Source: Octopus vulgaris (lineage: Eukaryota). Taken from it: 64,000 nucleotides of DNA. The first letter of the stretch is position 1. The number at the start of each line of letters is the position of its first letter. The stretch is from contig OX597827.1 in the NCBI GenBank assembly GCA_951406725.2, forward strand, positions 39,370,001-39,434,000. Direction: 5' to 3'. Both the position numbers and the translations under genes were made by a program. This document shows positions 1 to 11,626 of this stretch, in pieces. The notes beneath the pieces were generated by a model. It saw only the letters and a program-made list of their open reading frames with translations, searched no databases and was not told the origin of the DNA.

Positions 1-205
1 AAAATCATTAGCATACTGGGTAAAATGCTTATTGGCATTTTTGTCCATCTTTATGTTCTGAGTTCAAATTCCATTCAGATTGACTTTGCCTTCCATCCCT
101 TTTGGGGTCAATAGAATAAGTACCAGTTGAGTACTGGGATTGATGTGATTGATTTCCTTTCACTTCCTGAAGTTTCTGGCCTTGTGCCAAAATATGAAAT
201 CAATA
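1..205 (+). mobile_element. SINE family A (~210 bp, tRNA-like head, core gcctttcatcctttyggggtcgataaattaagtaccag, tail ggccttgtgcc...(ATT)n); core resembles the Meta/MESC-type SINE domain
   Basis: B-box-like gagttcaaattcc plus the conserved core. Related copies at ~2845, 12540, 12960, 13410(-), 13605(-), 16785(-), 23570, 25618, 36750(-), 39060(-), 51115(-), 56215, 60095 and 63492. Confidence 0.8.
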
Positions 206-209
206 TGTA

Positions 210-385
210 CTGAGAAATGAATGCTGAAATCTCATACAGAGTAAGAGCAGGATAGAAGGTGTTTGCCACAACTGAGCTCAGCTGGACAAGATCCTGAATC
301 CCAGTCTTTTCAATAGCATCATCCTAGCTGTGTCCCTTATATGCAAGTAAAACGTGGGCTACTGTGAAGAAGGAAGAGTAGTGAC
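210..385 (+). mobile_element. RTE-type LINE ORF2 remnant (region C-terminal to RT), disrupted
   Basis: Manual translation EMNAEISYRVRAG*KVF...SLFNSIILAV...YASKTWATVKKEE resembles the RTE motif EI.RRI.AGW..F...LFNSTVLP...YASETW. Contains stops and frameshifts. Confidence 0.6.
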
Positions 386-2394
386 TGGTCTCATTACAAT
401 ATACACAATATAAAAATCTTCAATGAGATGCTAATGACTAAATAGTTCATGGTAGAATTACCCAGTCAGTTGTATTCAGTACTAAATTGCATAACATTTG
501 TATTGAAGACACCTTATATTATGAACTATAGATTTTCGATTTGTTATCTTATATTTTTTCTTCATCCTCAACAAATTCAGCATTCTCTGCAAAATCAATA
601 TTCTTAATTTATTTCCAATACTCTATTTTATGTCTTTATAAGATCAATAACTTGTTTCATTTATTTTATCTTAATCACTCCATTTATTTATTTTATATTC
701 GTAATAAAGGTAATTGATTGACATCCAGTGATTGGAGGTTTAATATATCAATAGGTGAACATATATACATCGATAAGTGAAAGGTGGTGGTGGTGTGTGT
801 GTGTATGTATACATATATATATGTATAGATAAATATATATGTATATATGTATATATATATGTATAGGTATATATAGATGTATACACATACACACAATGCC
901 AACGGATGGCCAATGGTATGTGTCAATAGGTGATCAGTGACATGTATCAAGATGATCATTGTTATCTATCAAGAACACAGCGCACTGCCAGGGAACCAAA
1001 ATCTCACTGAGAAATGAGAGAGATATAGAAATTTACTCAACACAGATATACCAAAAATTGAAGGTAGGTGGATCACCATGGATTGAAATTAGTATAGAAA
1101 TTCATACAAAATCAAGTAATACTTAACAAACACAGGGAATCCCATTTGTGACAGTTTATACTTATTGAAGCAAATGGAATTGAATGCTTTGCCAAAGAAC
1201 TGAATATAACACAGACAATATTAATTACAGTAGAATCTGAACTCATGAACTCATATGCCAGCAAGCTAACTTGGCCAGCGTCAAGAATTCCAGGTACATT
1301 TTCCACCCACATTATTAACACCTACTCCTATTATTATCATATTCTAAGAATCTTCCCCATGCTCCGTATGATTAGCTTTCCGCTGCCTCCTACTTTCTCC
1401 CGAATGAGAAACCACCCCTATACATATCTATGCCATTTCCTTTTCTCCAAAACACTATCACCACCACCACCACCAACCACCCCCTATTGACAGTGTTTCT
1501 TGTGTAGATCACTTAAGAAACCGCAACCAAGAGGTAATAAGTATTCTAAACAGACTCTAAAGCACCATCCAGCTATCCAATTCTAACAAAAAAAATTTCT
1601 CTTTGTGTCTAAAGGTCATTTGTAGTAGTAGTAATAATAATAATAATAATAACAACAGCAGCAATAATAATATTCCGCATCCGATGAGTAATGCTTTTTT
1701 TTTTATATATATCAAGTATTTATATGAGTAAGTTTTAAGAAGTGTTTGTTGAGAGTGGTGGTAGAGACAGAGAGAAAAAGACAGATGGATAGATAAATAA
1801 GAAGAGAGAGAGAGAGAGAGGGGGGGAGAGATAAAAGAAGAGAAAGAGAAATATAAGAGAGGAAACAAAATAAATATCCACTGGTGCCACAAACATTAAT
1901 GCTAAGAGCAAATTTTACATTAACCTCAACACTACCGAAATATCACAAGCACCATAAACAACAATGAAAAGAACAGCTAATTCTAAGGCAGACAAGGAAA
2001 GAAGATAAAGAGTGAGCAACAAGAGGGTGTGGTTGATTGGAGGAATGATACCTCGCTACCTTCTGTAATTGTAAGGAAAGTGAAAATATTTACTGTGGAT
2101 GATTCATAGAACCACAAAACCAAAAGTGAAGGTGGCCAAACTATGTTTTTATTACATTTGCCTAAAGTAAAAGGAAACATTTTTTTCGTCTGTAAAAATA
2201 AGATGGAGAAGGTACAACTCATCTATGTAGGTTTACAAAATGTAGGAAAATAAACTTAGAACAGCAGTTAATCGGTCTGAGAAGGATAAAAAAACAAGTA
2301 TTGAAAATGTAATGTTATAAATGTAACCATGCAACACCCTCTAGAATAGCTTGGTGTTGCTGCTGTCTTGCTGTTAAGCTTCATGTAGTAATAC

Positions 2395-2812
2395 TCCTTA
2401 CTCTTTACTCTTTTACTTGTTTCAGTCATTTGACTGTGGCCATGCTGGAGCACCGCCTTTAGTCGAGCAAATCGACCCCAGGACTTATTCTTCGTAAGCC
2501 TAGTACTTATTCTATCGGTCTCTTTTTGCTGAACCGCTAAGTTACATGGACATAAACACACCACTATTGGTTGTCAAGTGATGGGGGGGGGGGGCAAAAA
2601 CATAGACACACAAACATACACACACACACACATACATATATATGTATACATATATACGACAGGCTTCTTTCAGTTTCCGTCTACCAAATCCACTCACAAG
2701 GCTTTGGTCGGCCTGAGGCTATAGTAGAAGACACTTGCCCAAGGTGCCACGCAGTGGGACTGAACCCGGAACCATGTGGTTGGTAAGCAAGCTACTTACT
2801 ACACAGCCACTC
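2395..2812 (-). mobile_element. SINE family B (~400 bp, tRNA-derived head, CORE-like ggcaccttgggcaagtg segment, internal TA/CA microsatellite, (AAGAGTA)n tail)
   Basis: Near-identical to the copies at 4965, 10428, 15570, 47143 and 49567. The recurring ORF 'YDGLLSVSVYQIHSQGFG...[12 protein letters not shown]' is its antisense read-through. Confidence 0.9.
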
Positions 2813-3264
2813 TGATACCTGTTGTTCTTAAAGTTGTTCTTTAAGGCAACAAGCAAAATGTTCATTGGCATTTTGTCCGTCTTTACATTCTGAGTTCAAA
2901 TTCCGCTGAGGCCAACTTTGCCTTTCATCCTTTCAGGGGCTTCAGTTATGGGTCAAATAGTACCAGAAGATAGTCCTGCACCTAAGGCAATATACAGGAC
3001 TTATAGGATGGTTGATTACTAGACATGTATTACATAGGCCAATTAGAGTATAGATATGCCCTGATGTCCTGTGAACCAGTAATTATACCGCTAAGGATTA
3101 AATAGGTCCTGTGCCTTGAAAATAGGCTTGGGAAAACTGGGGACTAGCAGAGTGAATTGTAAACAAGCTAGTAGAAAGTAACTAACTTTCCCAAGAAAAA
3201 CCACAAATTTTCAGAGTTTGACATTGCAGTTCAGGGTGGCCCATGCCTATAGGCATGGCACAAG

Positions 3265-3296
<32 letters not shown>

Positions 3297-3397
3297 AAAT
3301 ATTATAGTATTCTAGCATTATTATATAGGCTGTTGCTCCATTGGCATATCAATTTTGTAAGTGAAGTAATGTATCTTGTGCAACAGTAAAACATACC

Positions 3398-3860
3398 ATT
3401 CAGTCAACATCTACACTATGTCTATATATTAAGTCACCATCATTCAACACATAACCGTCTTCAGTTAGTATCTGTACATATGACTTCATAAAGAAATCTA
3501 AAGACATAGTTAATATCTCTCGATGGTGTCCCCATCTATGAGTTAATTTTCAATGTTCTTACAGTCAGCATTTATAATCTGTAGTTATCTTGCCAACATC
3601 TACAAACTAGGCAACATCAGAGCTTTGTGTCCATTCATCCAGCCAACAACTGCTCGATATCTTTCTGCTTTTCCAGTCAACATCTACACATACAATCTAT
3701 CTGTCTAGTTGACATACACACTTCATCTATATGTAGTCAACTATACACTAAATCTACCCAGTTAAGATCTACACACACTGTCTCTTATCAATGCATACAT
3801 CCTGTCTCTACCCTTTCAGTCAGCATCAATGCATTGTGACTATCTATCCAGTTAACAGAT
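3398..3860. repeat. degenerate minisatellite, recurring motif cagtcaacatctaca at roughly 25-35 bp spacing
   Basis: Variants such as cagtcaacatctac, gccaacatctac, tagtcaactatac, cagttaagatctac and cagtcagcatc recur through the interval. Confidence 0.5.
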
Positions 3861-4085
3861 CCAGGGTCAGCTTATAAAGGAGATTCTTCATCTGTTATCC
3901 CTTAGTTGTTTTAGCTTTGAGACTGCGGTCATGCTGGGGCATCACCTTGAGGAATTTTAGTCGAATTAATTGACCTTTGTTTTCTTCTCAAGTCTATACA
4001 CACATACATACATATATATATATATATACATACACACACACACATATATACATACATGTATATGTATGTATTTATACAGAAGTAC

Positions 4086-4172
<87 letters not shown>

Positions 4173-4639
4173 ATATGTGTGTGTGTGTATATATATATAT
4201 ATGTATATATAATATGTGTGTGTATATATATATACACATATACACACATATATGTATATATGTATATATCTATGTGTGTGTTTTGTGCTTGTGTTGTCCT
4301 ACCACTTGATAACCAGTGTTGGTTTTTTTATGTCCTCCAGCTCAGATGTCGAGCAAAACGAGACCCATAGGATAAGCATCACACTTAGAAAGTATAACAA
4401 GTAGTGGGGTTGATTTGTTCGACTAAAGCCGCCAAGGCTATGTACTCCAGCATGGCCACAGTGCAATCACTGAAACAAGTAAGAAAGAAAGAAAGATGGA
4501 AGACAGAACCTAAAACAAAATCCTATTTCTAAGCAAATAAAACCAAAAACAACAATAATAAAGAAAAACCTAAATAACCAACCAAACAAACCAAAAAATA
4601 TTTATCTTGAAGTTTCGTCCCAAGTAGAAACTTTACGGG

Positions 4640-4789
4640 TCATATTCTATGTGAATACAGAATCAGTCGATGGAAAATCAGAGGCGGGGAAAATAGCAAA
4701 ACCAAAATAAAGACATGCCAAACGGTAACAGGTGAATGGCATCGTTTCATTTCAAGCAAAGAATGATCAGACTGAAGATAATAATAAAC
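4640..4789 (-). CDS. candidate 3' exon of an unidentified minus-strand gene
   Basis: Acceptor tcttattttag| followed by unique, CpG-retaining sequence. The phase-0 frame reads VYYYLQSDHSLLEMKRCHSPVTVWHVFILVLLFSPPLIFHRLILYSHRI*. No homology recognised. Confidence 0.3.
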   Translation of the reverse strand, partial: VYYYLQSDHSLLEMKRCHSPVTVWHVFILVLLFSPPLIFHRLILYSHRI

Positions 4790-4964
4790 CTAAAATAAGA
4801 ATTGTTCTGTTAAAGGTTAAACAGGACAACAATGGTTCCAATGTTGTTGTTATTTTTTTTAGGTGGCAGCATGCATGGAACAAGAAATGATGAAGCATTA
4901 GATAAATAAATAGGAAGAAACATTGGGAAATGCAACATTGCCACAACACCTGTTGTAACAGCCC

Positions 4965-5395
4965 TTTTACTCTTTTACTCTTTTACTTGTTTCAGTCATT
5001 TGACTGTGGCCATGGTGGAGCATCGCCTTTTAGTTGAGCAAATCGACCCCAGGACTTAGTCTTTGTAAGCCTAGTACTTATTCTATAGGTCTCTTTTGCT
5101 GAACTGCTAAGTTGCGGGGACATAAACACACCAGTATCGGTTGTCAAGCGATGTTGGGAGGACAAACACAGACATGCAAACACACACACACACACACACA
5201 CATACACACACATATATACACATACATATATACGATGGGCTTCTTTCAGTTTCTGTCTACCAAATCCACCCACAAAGTTTTGGTCTGTTCGAGGCTGTAG
5301 TAGAAGACACTTGCCCAAGGTGCCATGCAGTGGGACTGAACCCGGAACCATGTGGTTCGTAAGCAAGCTACTTACCACACAGCCACTCCTACACC
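4965..5395 (-). mobile_element. SINE family B, full length
   Basis: Head cacacagccactcctac, internal CA/TA run and tail ttttactcttttactc. Confidence 0.9.
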
Positions 5396-7464
5396 TACAT
5401 TGAAGTTGGAAAGGGATGTTGCTAATGATGATGATGGAGATAAGCTTGATAATGTTTATGATGGGGATGCTGATAGTTGTGATAATGATGAGGTTGGTGG
5501 TGCTTTTAATGCCTCTTGCAGGTGGTTCCTGGTGTATCACTAATATGTACTTCCAACACCAACAGCATCACCCCCATTATCACCCCACTACCATCACTAC
5601 TACCAGCACCAGTACCAGCACAAAACCACCAGCACCAGCACCAGTAGTACCACCACCACCACTGACACTACCATCTCTATTCCTAGTTCTACATTTATCA
5701 CATAAACTACCACAATTTTTATCAGCAATTCTCATTACTATCACCACCAGAATTATCACAATAACAGCCTCGTTATACTCACACTTTGTACACTGTTTAT
5801 GTGTTTATGTTTCCATAAATAAGCCCCACGTGGAGGTATAGTCCTCACCTGTTCACAATAATACAAAGATGCTATGCAACATTTTTGATAAAGCCACTTA
5901 AACTTCAATAGCCCAGCCAATCATACTATAAACAGGTATTATATAGAGGTAAATTTCAGTGTTTTGTTAGCTTCAGATAATGAGTTCAAATGCTGCCTGC
6001 AATAGGTGAGACTCTTGAGGTCCCAATAATGCAAAAAATGTCTTCACAAGATATTTTTCATAATACTGATAGATGTCCATCACTATCATCAGTGTTAAAT
6101 GAATGATAAATATGATATAAAATAATATTATATATATAATAAATCTCTGAGCAAGGTATAAACAGTAGCTGCACAACATTATGTGTCCATAGCTTAGAGT
6201 GGGTACATCTTATGGAGTTTCTTCTCAAACTCTTGAATCACTCTGTTGCATTTGCTAAATATTAATAAAAATATACATACATATTTTGAATTCTAGTTTT
6301 TCTGTTTGCATCATTAAAAACCTACACACACACAGAGACAGGTATGTATTTTCACTGGTTAGGATACAAGTATATTGTTCTTGTTGTTTAACACCAGACC
6401 AACCTTGGTTGAGGAGACCTGGTCTCTTTGTCTACCCTAGACCACATTAATTTATGCATCTTTCTTTTTCTTCTATTCGTTGTTTCGTGTGACATTGTAA
6501 TGTGTGATTTGAGGGAGATCTGGTTGCTATTTCTGATAGCTAGGGTAACTTGGAAAGAACCATTCATTGGCTCAAGTTATTGAAAGTAAGCTTAACAGAA
6601 TATCTATTACATATCGTTCCATCACAGCTAGGTGAAATGAAGCAGCCAGACTGAAGGGCATGTGTTTAGTTAGCAACAATGCACACAGAAAAATGTATAC
6701 TAGTCTATGATGTGTAAATGTTGCCAGAAAAGCTGGCATGTATATAGCTTGATAAACTGGTGAACTGAAGCATGGTGACTGAAAGTATGTGTATAATGAC
6801 AGAAATATATGTCGGTATGTATAAATATAAATATATTTATATACATGCATACATACATACATGTATGTATGTGTGTGTGAGTGTATTTGTATGTGTGTTT
6901 GTGTGTATGTATATATATATATATGTATGTATGTCATGGCACAAGTACTGTAGTGGTTGTCAATGTTCTTAAGAATACTAAAAAGATCTCTCTATCCTAT
7001 GTTGCATATTCATTTCCTTTTACAGAGTGCACTGGGTGAATGTGGTTGAGTCACAAGCAGCAAAGAGGTTGCCTTGTGCCTTGCAAGTCCTCTCTATTCT
7101 ACATCATCCCTGTTTGTTCAAGGAAGCTCCACTGAGAGGGAAAATAGAAGAGAAAGTAAGGTAAGTTTAAAGGGTGAGTAGATGAGAGAGTAATATGAAG
7201 AGAGCAGTAGATGGAGACATAACAGGATCATAAGAGCTGAGGGGCCTAAATAAAGATGTATTATATATCCCAAATTTCCTCATTTTAATGATTATATGTG
7301 TATCTCTCTAAATACATATATATATATATATATATATGTACACACACACACGTGCACGCACACACACACGCACACACACATATATATATATACACACACA
7401 CATATATGTGTATATATATGCATACACACACACACACAAACATTCCTTTCTTTCTTTTATTTTT

Positions 7465-7828
7465 TGTTACTTGTTTCAGTCATTTGACTGTGGCCATGCT
7501 TGAGCACTGCCTTAAAGAGTTGAAGAAATTGAACTCCATACTCATTCTATTGGTATCTCCTGCTGAATCCCTAGCTTACAGTGACATAAACATACTGACA
7601 TCGATTGTCAAGTGATGGTGGGGTGGGGTGAAAGACAAACAGACACAAAGACACACAGACATTATATATATATATATATACGACTGGCTTCTTTCAGTTT
7701 CTGAATCCACTCACAAGGCTTTGGTTGACCTGAGGCTATAGTAGAAGATATTTGCCGAAGGTGTCACACAGTGGGATTGAACCTGAAACCATGTGGTTGG
7801 GAAGCAAGCTTCTTACCATACAGCCACA
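7465..7828 (-). mobile_element. SINE family B, diverged
   Basis: Same head and tail blocks with more substitutions. Confidence 0.8.
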
Positions 7829-7834
7829 CACACC

Positions 7835-7881
<47 letters not shown>

Positions 7882-7885
<4 letters not shown>

Positions 7886-8120
7886 TTGTATATGGTGTGT
7901 TGTGAATTTATGGAAAGGAATCCCATAAAACTCAACAAATTTGTTAAAAATGGAGAAGAGAAGATGTTAAAATGTAAGAGAATTTTAATTCATGCAGATG
8001 ATTGTTTCCAACAGCAATATAAAAATCATGCAAATTTTTATCTCTTCTCCATTTTTAACAAATTTGTTCAGTTTTATGGGATTCCTTTCCATAAATTCAC
8101 AACACACCATATACAAGTAT
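7882..8120. repeat. 80-bp inverted repeat with 79-nt spacer
   Basis: 7882-7961 is the reverse complement of 8041-8120 with one mismatch. Confidence 0.95.
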
Positions 8121-8289
8121 CATTTTCATATTCGCAAACATATGGCAGTAAGCTACCAGCAAAATATGAAGAAATTATATTAGAAATCTTTTTTGGAATC
8201 CTCCAAATAAAAGGATAGAATTTAATTCCCTTTTACACATATATATTTAGATAACCACGCGCACACACACACACACACACACACATTTA

Positions 8290-9526
8290 TAGGGTGTATG
8301 AGGTATTTGAGGACATACCTCTTTTGGGGGGTTATTGCTGCATTTTTTGCTAACTCTGTATAATCTTTGTTTCAGAAAATGATAATGGAAGACCCTTAGT
8401 TTACTCAAGAAATGAAGAAGCATGCTGTTATTGTGGTTATAAAGACTGAGCATAGGGATTTAGAAATATCTTGAGTTTTAAAAGTTGCTAAATCTTTTGT
8501 CTACAAAGTTTGTAAGGAGCTAGAGAATGAAGATGGAAACGTATTACCAGTACTAAAACATAAAAAGCATTCTAAGCACTCTGAAATCATCAGAACACCC
8601 AAATTTATCCAGCAAGTTCAACAGACCATTGATTACAATCCCAGAAAGTCCATGAAGTCAATTGCAAAAGATCTCCATGTGTCAGAAGGAACTGTCAGAA
8701 ATGTCTATGAAGACATCAGATATAAATCTTATATAGGTCAAAAGAAAATCACTACATCAGATCTAAAAGGCTCTTAAACAAACTGAAAAATCCAGCAGAA
8801 GATTTGATTTGGTTTTTCTCAAATGAGAAAAACTGACCAAGATCAAAAAGTTAACAGAAGAAATGATAGATGGTTATGTGCAGACCCTTCTGAAGTTTCA
8901 AGTGTTATCCATACAAAGTTTCCTGCAACTGTCATGGTTTTAGGGGTTGTTAGCAATGAAGGACATGTGATGCCTCCTTACTTCTTTCCACAAAGCCTTA
9001 GAGTTAACTCTGCTGCCTACATTGAGGTCCTGGAAATAATTGTTAAGCCCTGGATAGACAGTGTATGCAATGGAAGGCCATATGTGTTTCAGTAAGACTC
9101 TCTCCTATTACACATGGCTCTAGTAACACAGGAATGGATGGCTGAAAATTTTCATAATTACACAACCCTTAACATTTGGTCTTCTAATTCCCCAGATCTC
9201 AATCTGTTGGACTATTACATGTGGAGCATTGTTGAGAGAGAGATCAATGACCATGTTCATAACATCAAAGATTCTATGAAAGCTGCTATAATCAGAGTAA
9301 TGTCCAAAATGAACCAGGACCACTTGATTCGAGCATGTAGAGGTTTTAGATCTCATATAGAAGCAATTGTTGAAACTGAAGGTGGCTTTATTGAATAACA
9401 TTATAGAAAAGAAGGTTTATCTTTATCCCATTGGCATTTTTTGATAAATAAAGTTATTATCTGTTATTATATGTCTATTGTTTTTCTATAAACATAAATC
9501 TCTCCTCAAATATCTTATGCACCCTG
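8290..9526 (+). mobile_element. Tc1/mariner DNA transposon, maT (DD37D) group, full length with pseudogenised transposase
   Basis: Imperfect TIRs (tagggtgtatgaggtatttgagga / rc cagggtgcataagatatttgagga) with TA flanks. ORFs 8823-9095 and 9114-9398 are in one frame, separated by a TAA at FQ*D. There are 37 residues between D(SLLLH) and the final D of SPDLNLLD. Confidence 0.92.
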
Positions 9527-9540
9527 TATATATGTATATA

Positions 9541-9765
9541 TGAAGTGTGCTGGAAAGTTCCTTGCTGTAAAAGTATTGCGAAAAACCTGGTTGGAGGTTC
9601 AACCTTCTCAGTTCTTTCACAGGGCTTAGAAAAACTGAAGGACCACTGCAATAAGTGTGGGAATCTGAGGTGGTGGGGTGATGAATATGTTGAATAAAAT
9701 TATAATTAACTGATCCTCTTGTATTCTCTTTTACCCAAAGCCAGGAACTTTTCTACACCCTTTCG
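9541..9765 (+). mobile_element. mariner-derived MITE (internal-deletion derivative)
   Basis: Imperfect TIRs tgaagtgtgctggaaagttccttgct / rc cgaaagggtgtagaaaagttcctggct with TA flanks. Residual C-terminal transposase text GLEKLKDHCNKC...EYVE*. Confidence 0.7.
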
Positions 9766-9781
9766 TATGTACATACATACA

Positions 9782-9844
<63 letters not shown>

Positions 9845-10427
9845 TCATTTATCTGTCATCTTTGGAATGGATTGGCTCGTTTGACAAGATTCAATGAGCC
9901 AGAGGAATGTGTTGAACTCCAATATTTACTTTGCCATAATTCCTGCAGCTGGATACACCTCCTACACAGTGTACTGGCTGCTTTTTACAAGACATCAGCA
10001 TCAGTGAAAATGCAAAGTAACTCACAAGACAAAGAAAGATCGCCCCTTTGATGGAGGGGGGATGTAGTGGAGAGGGAGGTGGCTTTATGCCAGATGATAA
10101 AAAGCTAAAGTATGATAGGAAAGACATGTGGTTACGCTTGTATTATATAAGGGTGGACGAAAATAGCTGATGGGAAAATGAAGATCATAGTGACAAGGTA
10201 TCAGTGTCTACTCTCAAGGTACAAGAAGGTGAGTATAAAAGAGAATATGGATAGAGGATTGGGAAGGGCAGGGGAATAAGTTCATACAAGTGTGAAAGGA
10301 GAATGACAGATAGTTAGAGATGTGGGTAGAGGAGAAATTTCTGAATGATGAACACAGGTGAAGGTGTTGTGTATGTATATGTTCACACATACACACACAC
10401 ACACATATATATCTTTATATACATATA

Positions 10428-10820
10428 AAGGAGTGGCTGTGTAGTAAGTAGCTTGCTTACCAACCACATGGTTCTGGGTTCAGTCCCACTGCGTGGCACC
10501 ATGGGCAAATGTCTTCTACTATAGCCTCGGGCTGACCAAAGCCTTGTGAGTGGATTTGGTAGACGGTAACTGAAAGAAGCCCGTCGTATATATGCATATA
10601 TATATATGTATGTGTGTCTGTGCTTGTCTCCCCAACATCGCTTGACAACCAATGCTGGTGTGTTTACGTCCCCGTAACTTAGCGGTTCAGCAAAAGAAAC
10701 CGATAGAATAAGTAATAGGCTTACAAAGAATAAGCCCTGGGCTCAATTTGCTTGACTAAAGGCAATGCTCCAGCATGGCCACAGTCAGAGGACTGATACG
10801 AAGTTAAAGGGTAAAAGAGT
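10428..10820 (+). mobile_element. SINE family B, full length
   Basis: ggagtggctgtgtagtaagtagcttgc...ggttcagtccc head through to the tail. Confidence 0.9.
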
Positions 10821-11284
10821 ATACATACACACACATATATATACATATATGTGTATGAGTATCATCACCATATGATGATACACACACATGATTTGTCTGT
10901 TTGTCTCAACAATTTAACATGAAACTGAAGGATATCAAGCAATTTTCGATACAGTACATTTATAATAATTTTTGCAAAGGGAAGATTAACAATTTTGGCT
11001 TGCTTACCATTGTCACTCTGATGATGGTGAGCAAGCCAAAACCTTGATGACACTGTCAACATTTTACTAATATGTATATATGTGTATGTGTGTGTGTAAA
11101 TAAATATATATATATACCCATGCAGATCCCTAGACATGTAGATCCCTTTGTGGGAACCTCCTCTGCACACTCCTCTCATAGTAATTTCCTCATTCCCTAA
11201 CATGAAGCTGACCCCCACCTCCAACTCACCACATTGGGCACACTGGATCCTACCAAACCATCCAACCTATGTCAGCATGTTAAA

Positions 11285-11314
<30 letters not shown>

Positions 11315-11319
<5 letters not shown>

Positions 11320-11469
11320 ATGAGCAAAAGTTTTGAACATTTGTTTTAAATATTAATATTGTTATGCCCAAGTATAATTCGATGCAAATATATACAATGT
11401 ATATACTTGGGCATTTAATATAAAAATTCTAATTTTCAGACTTACGTTTCAAACCTTTACCCACAACTG
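11315..11469. mobile_element. small Tc1-like MITE
   Basis: Degenerate TIRs tagtcatgagcaaaagttttgaacat / rc cagttgtgggtaaaggtttgaaacgt. Internal 13-bp inverted repeat atgcccaagtata (11364-11376 / 11402-11414). Confidence 0.5.
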
Positions 11470-11513
11470 AATACACACACACATATATATATACATATAC
11501 ATACATACACACT

Positions 11514-11546
<33 letters not shown>

Positions 11547-11563
11547 GTATGTATATGTGTATG

Positions 11564-11626
<63 letters not shown>

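Noticed and set aside
2571-2786. Recurrent 'protein family' MSSDVG...YDGLLSVSVYQIHSQGFG...[12 protein letters not shown] (also 5141, 10457, 15603, 47200, 49598)
   Set aside because: Antisense read-through of SINE family B; starts and lengths vary with the internal microsatellite.
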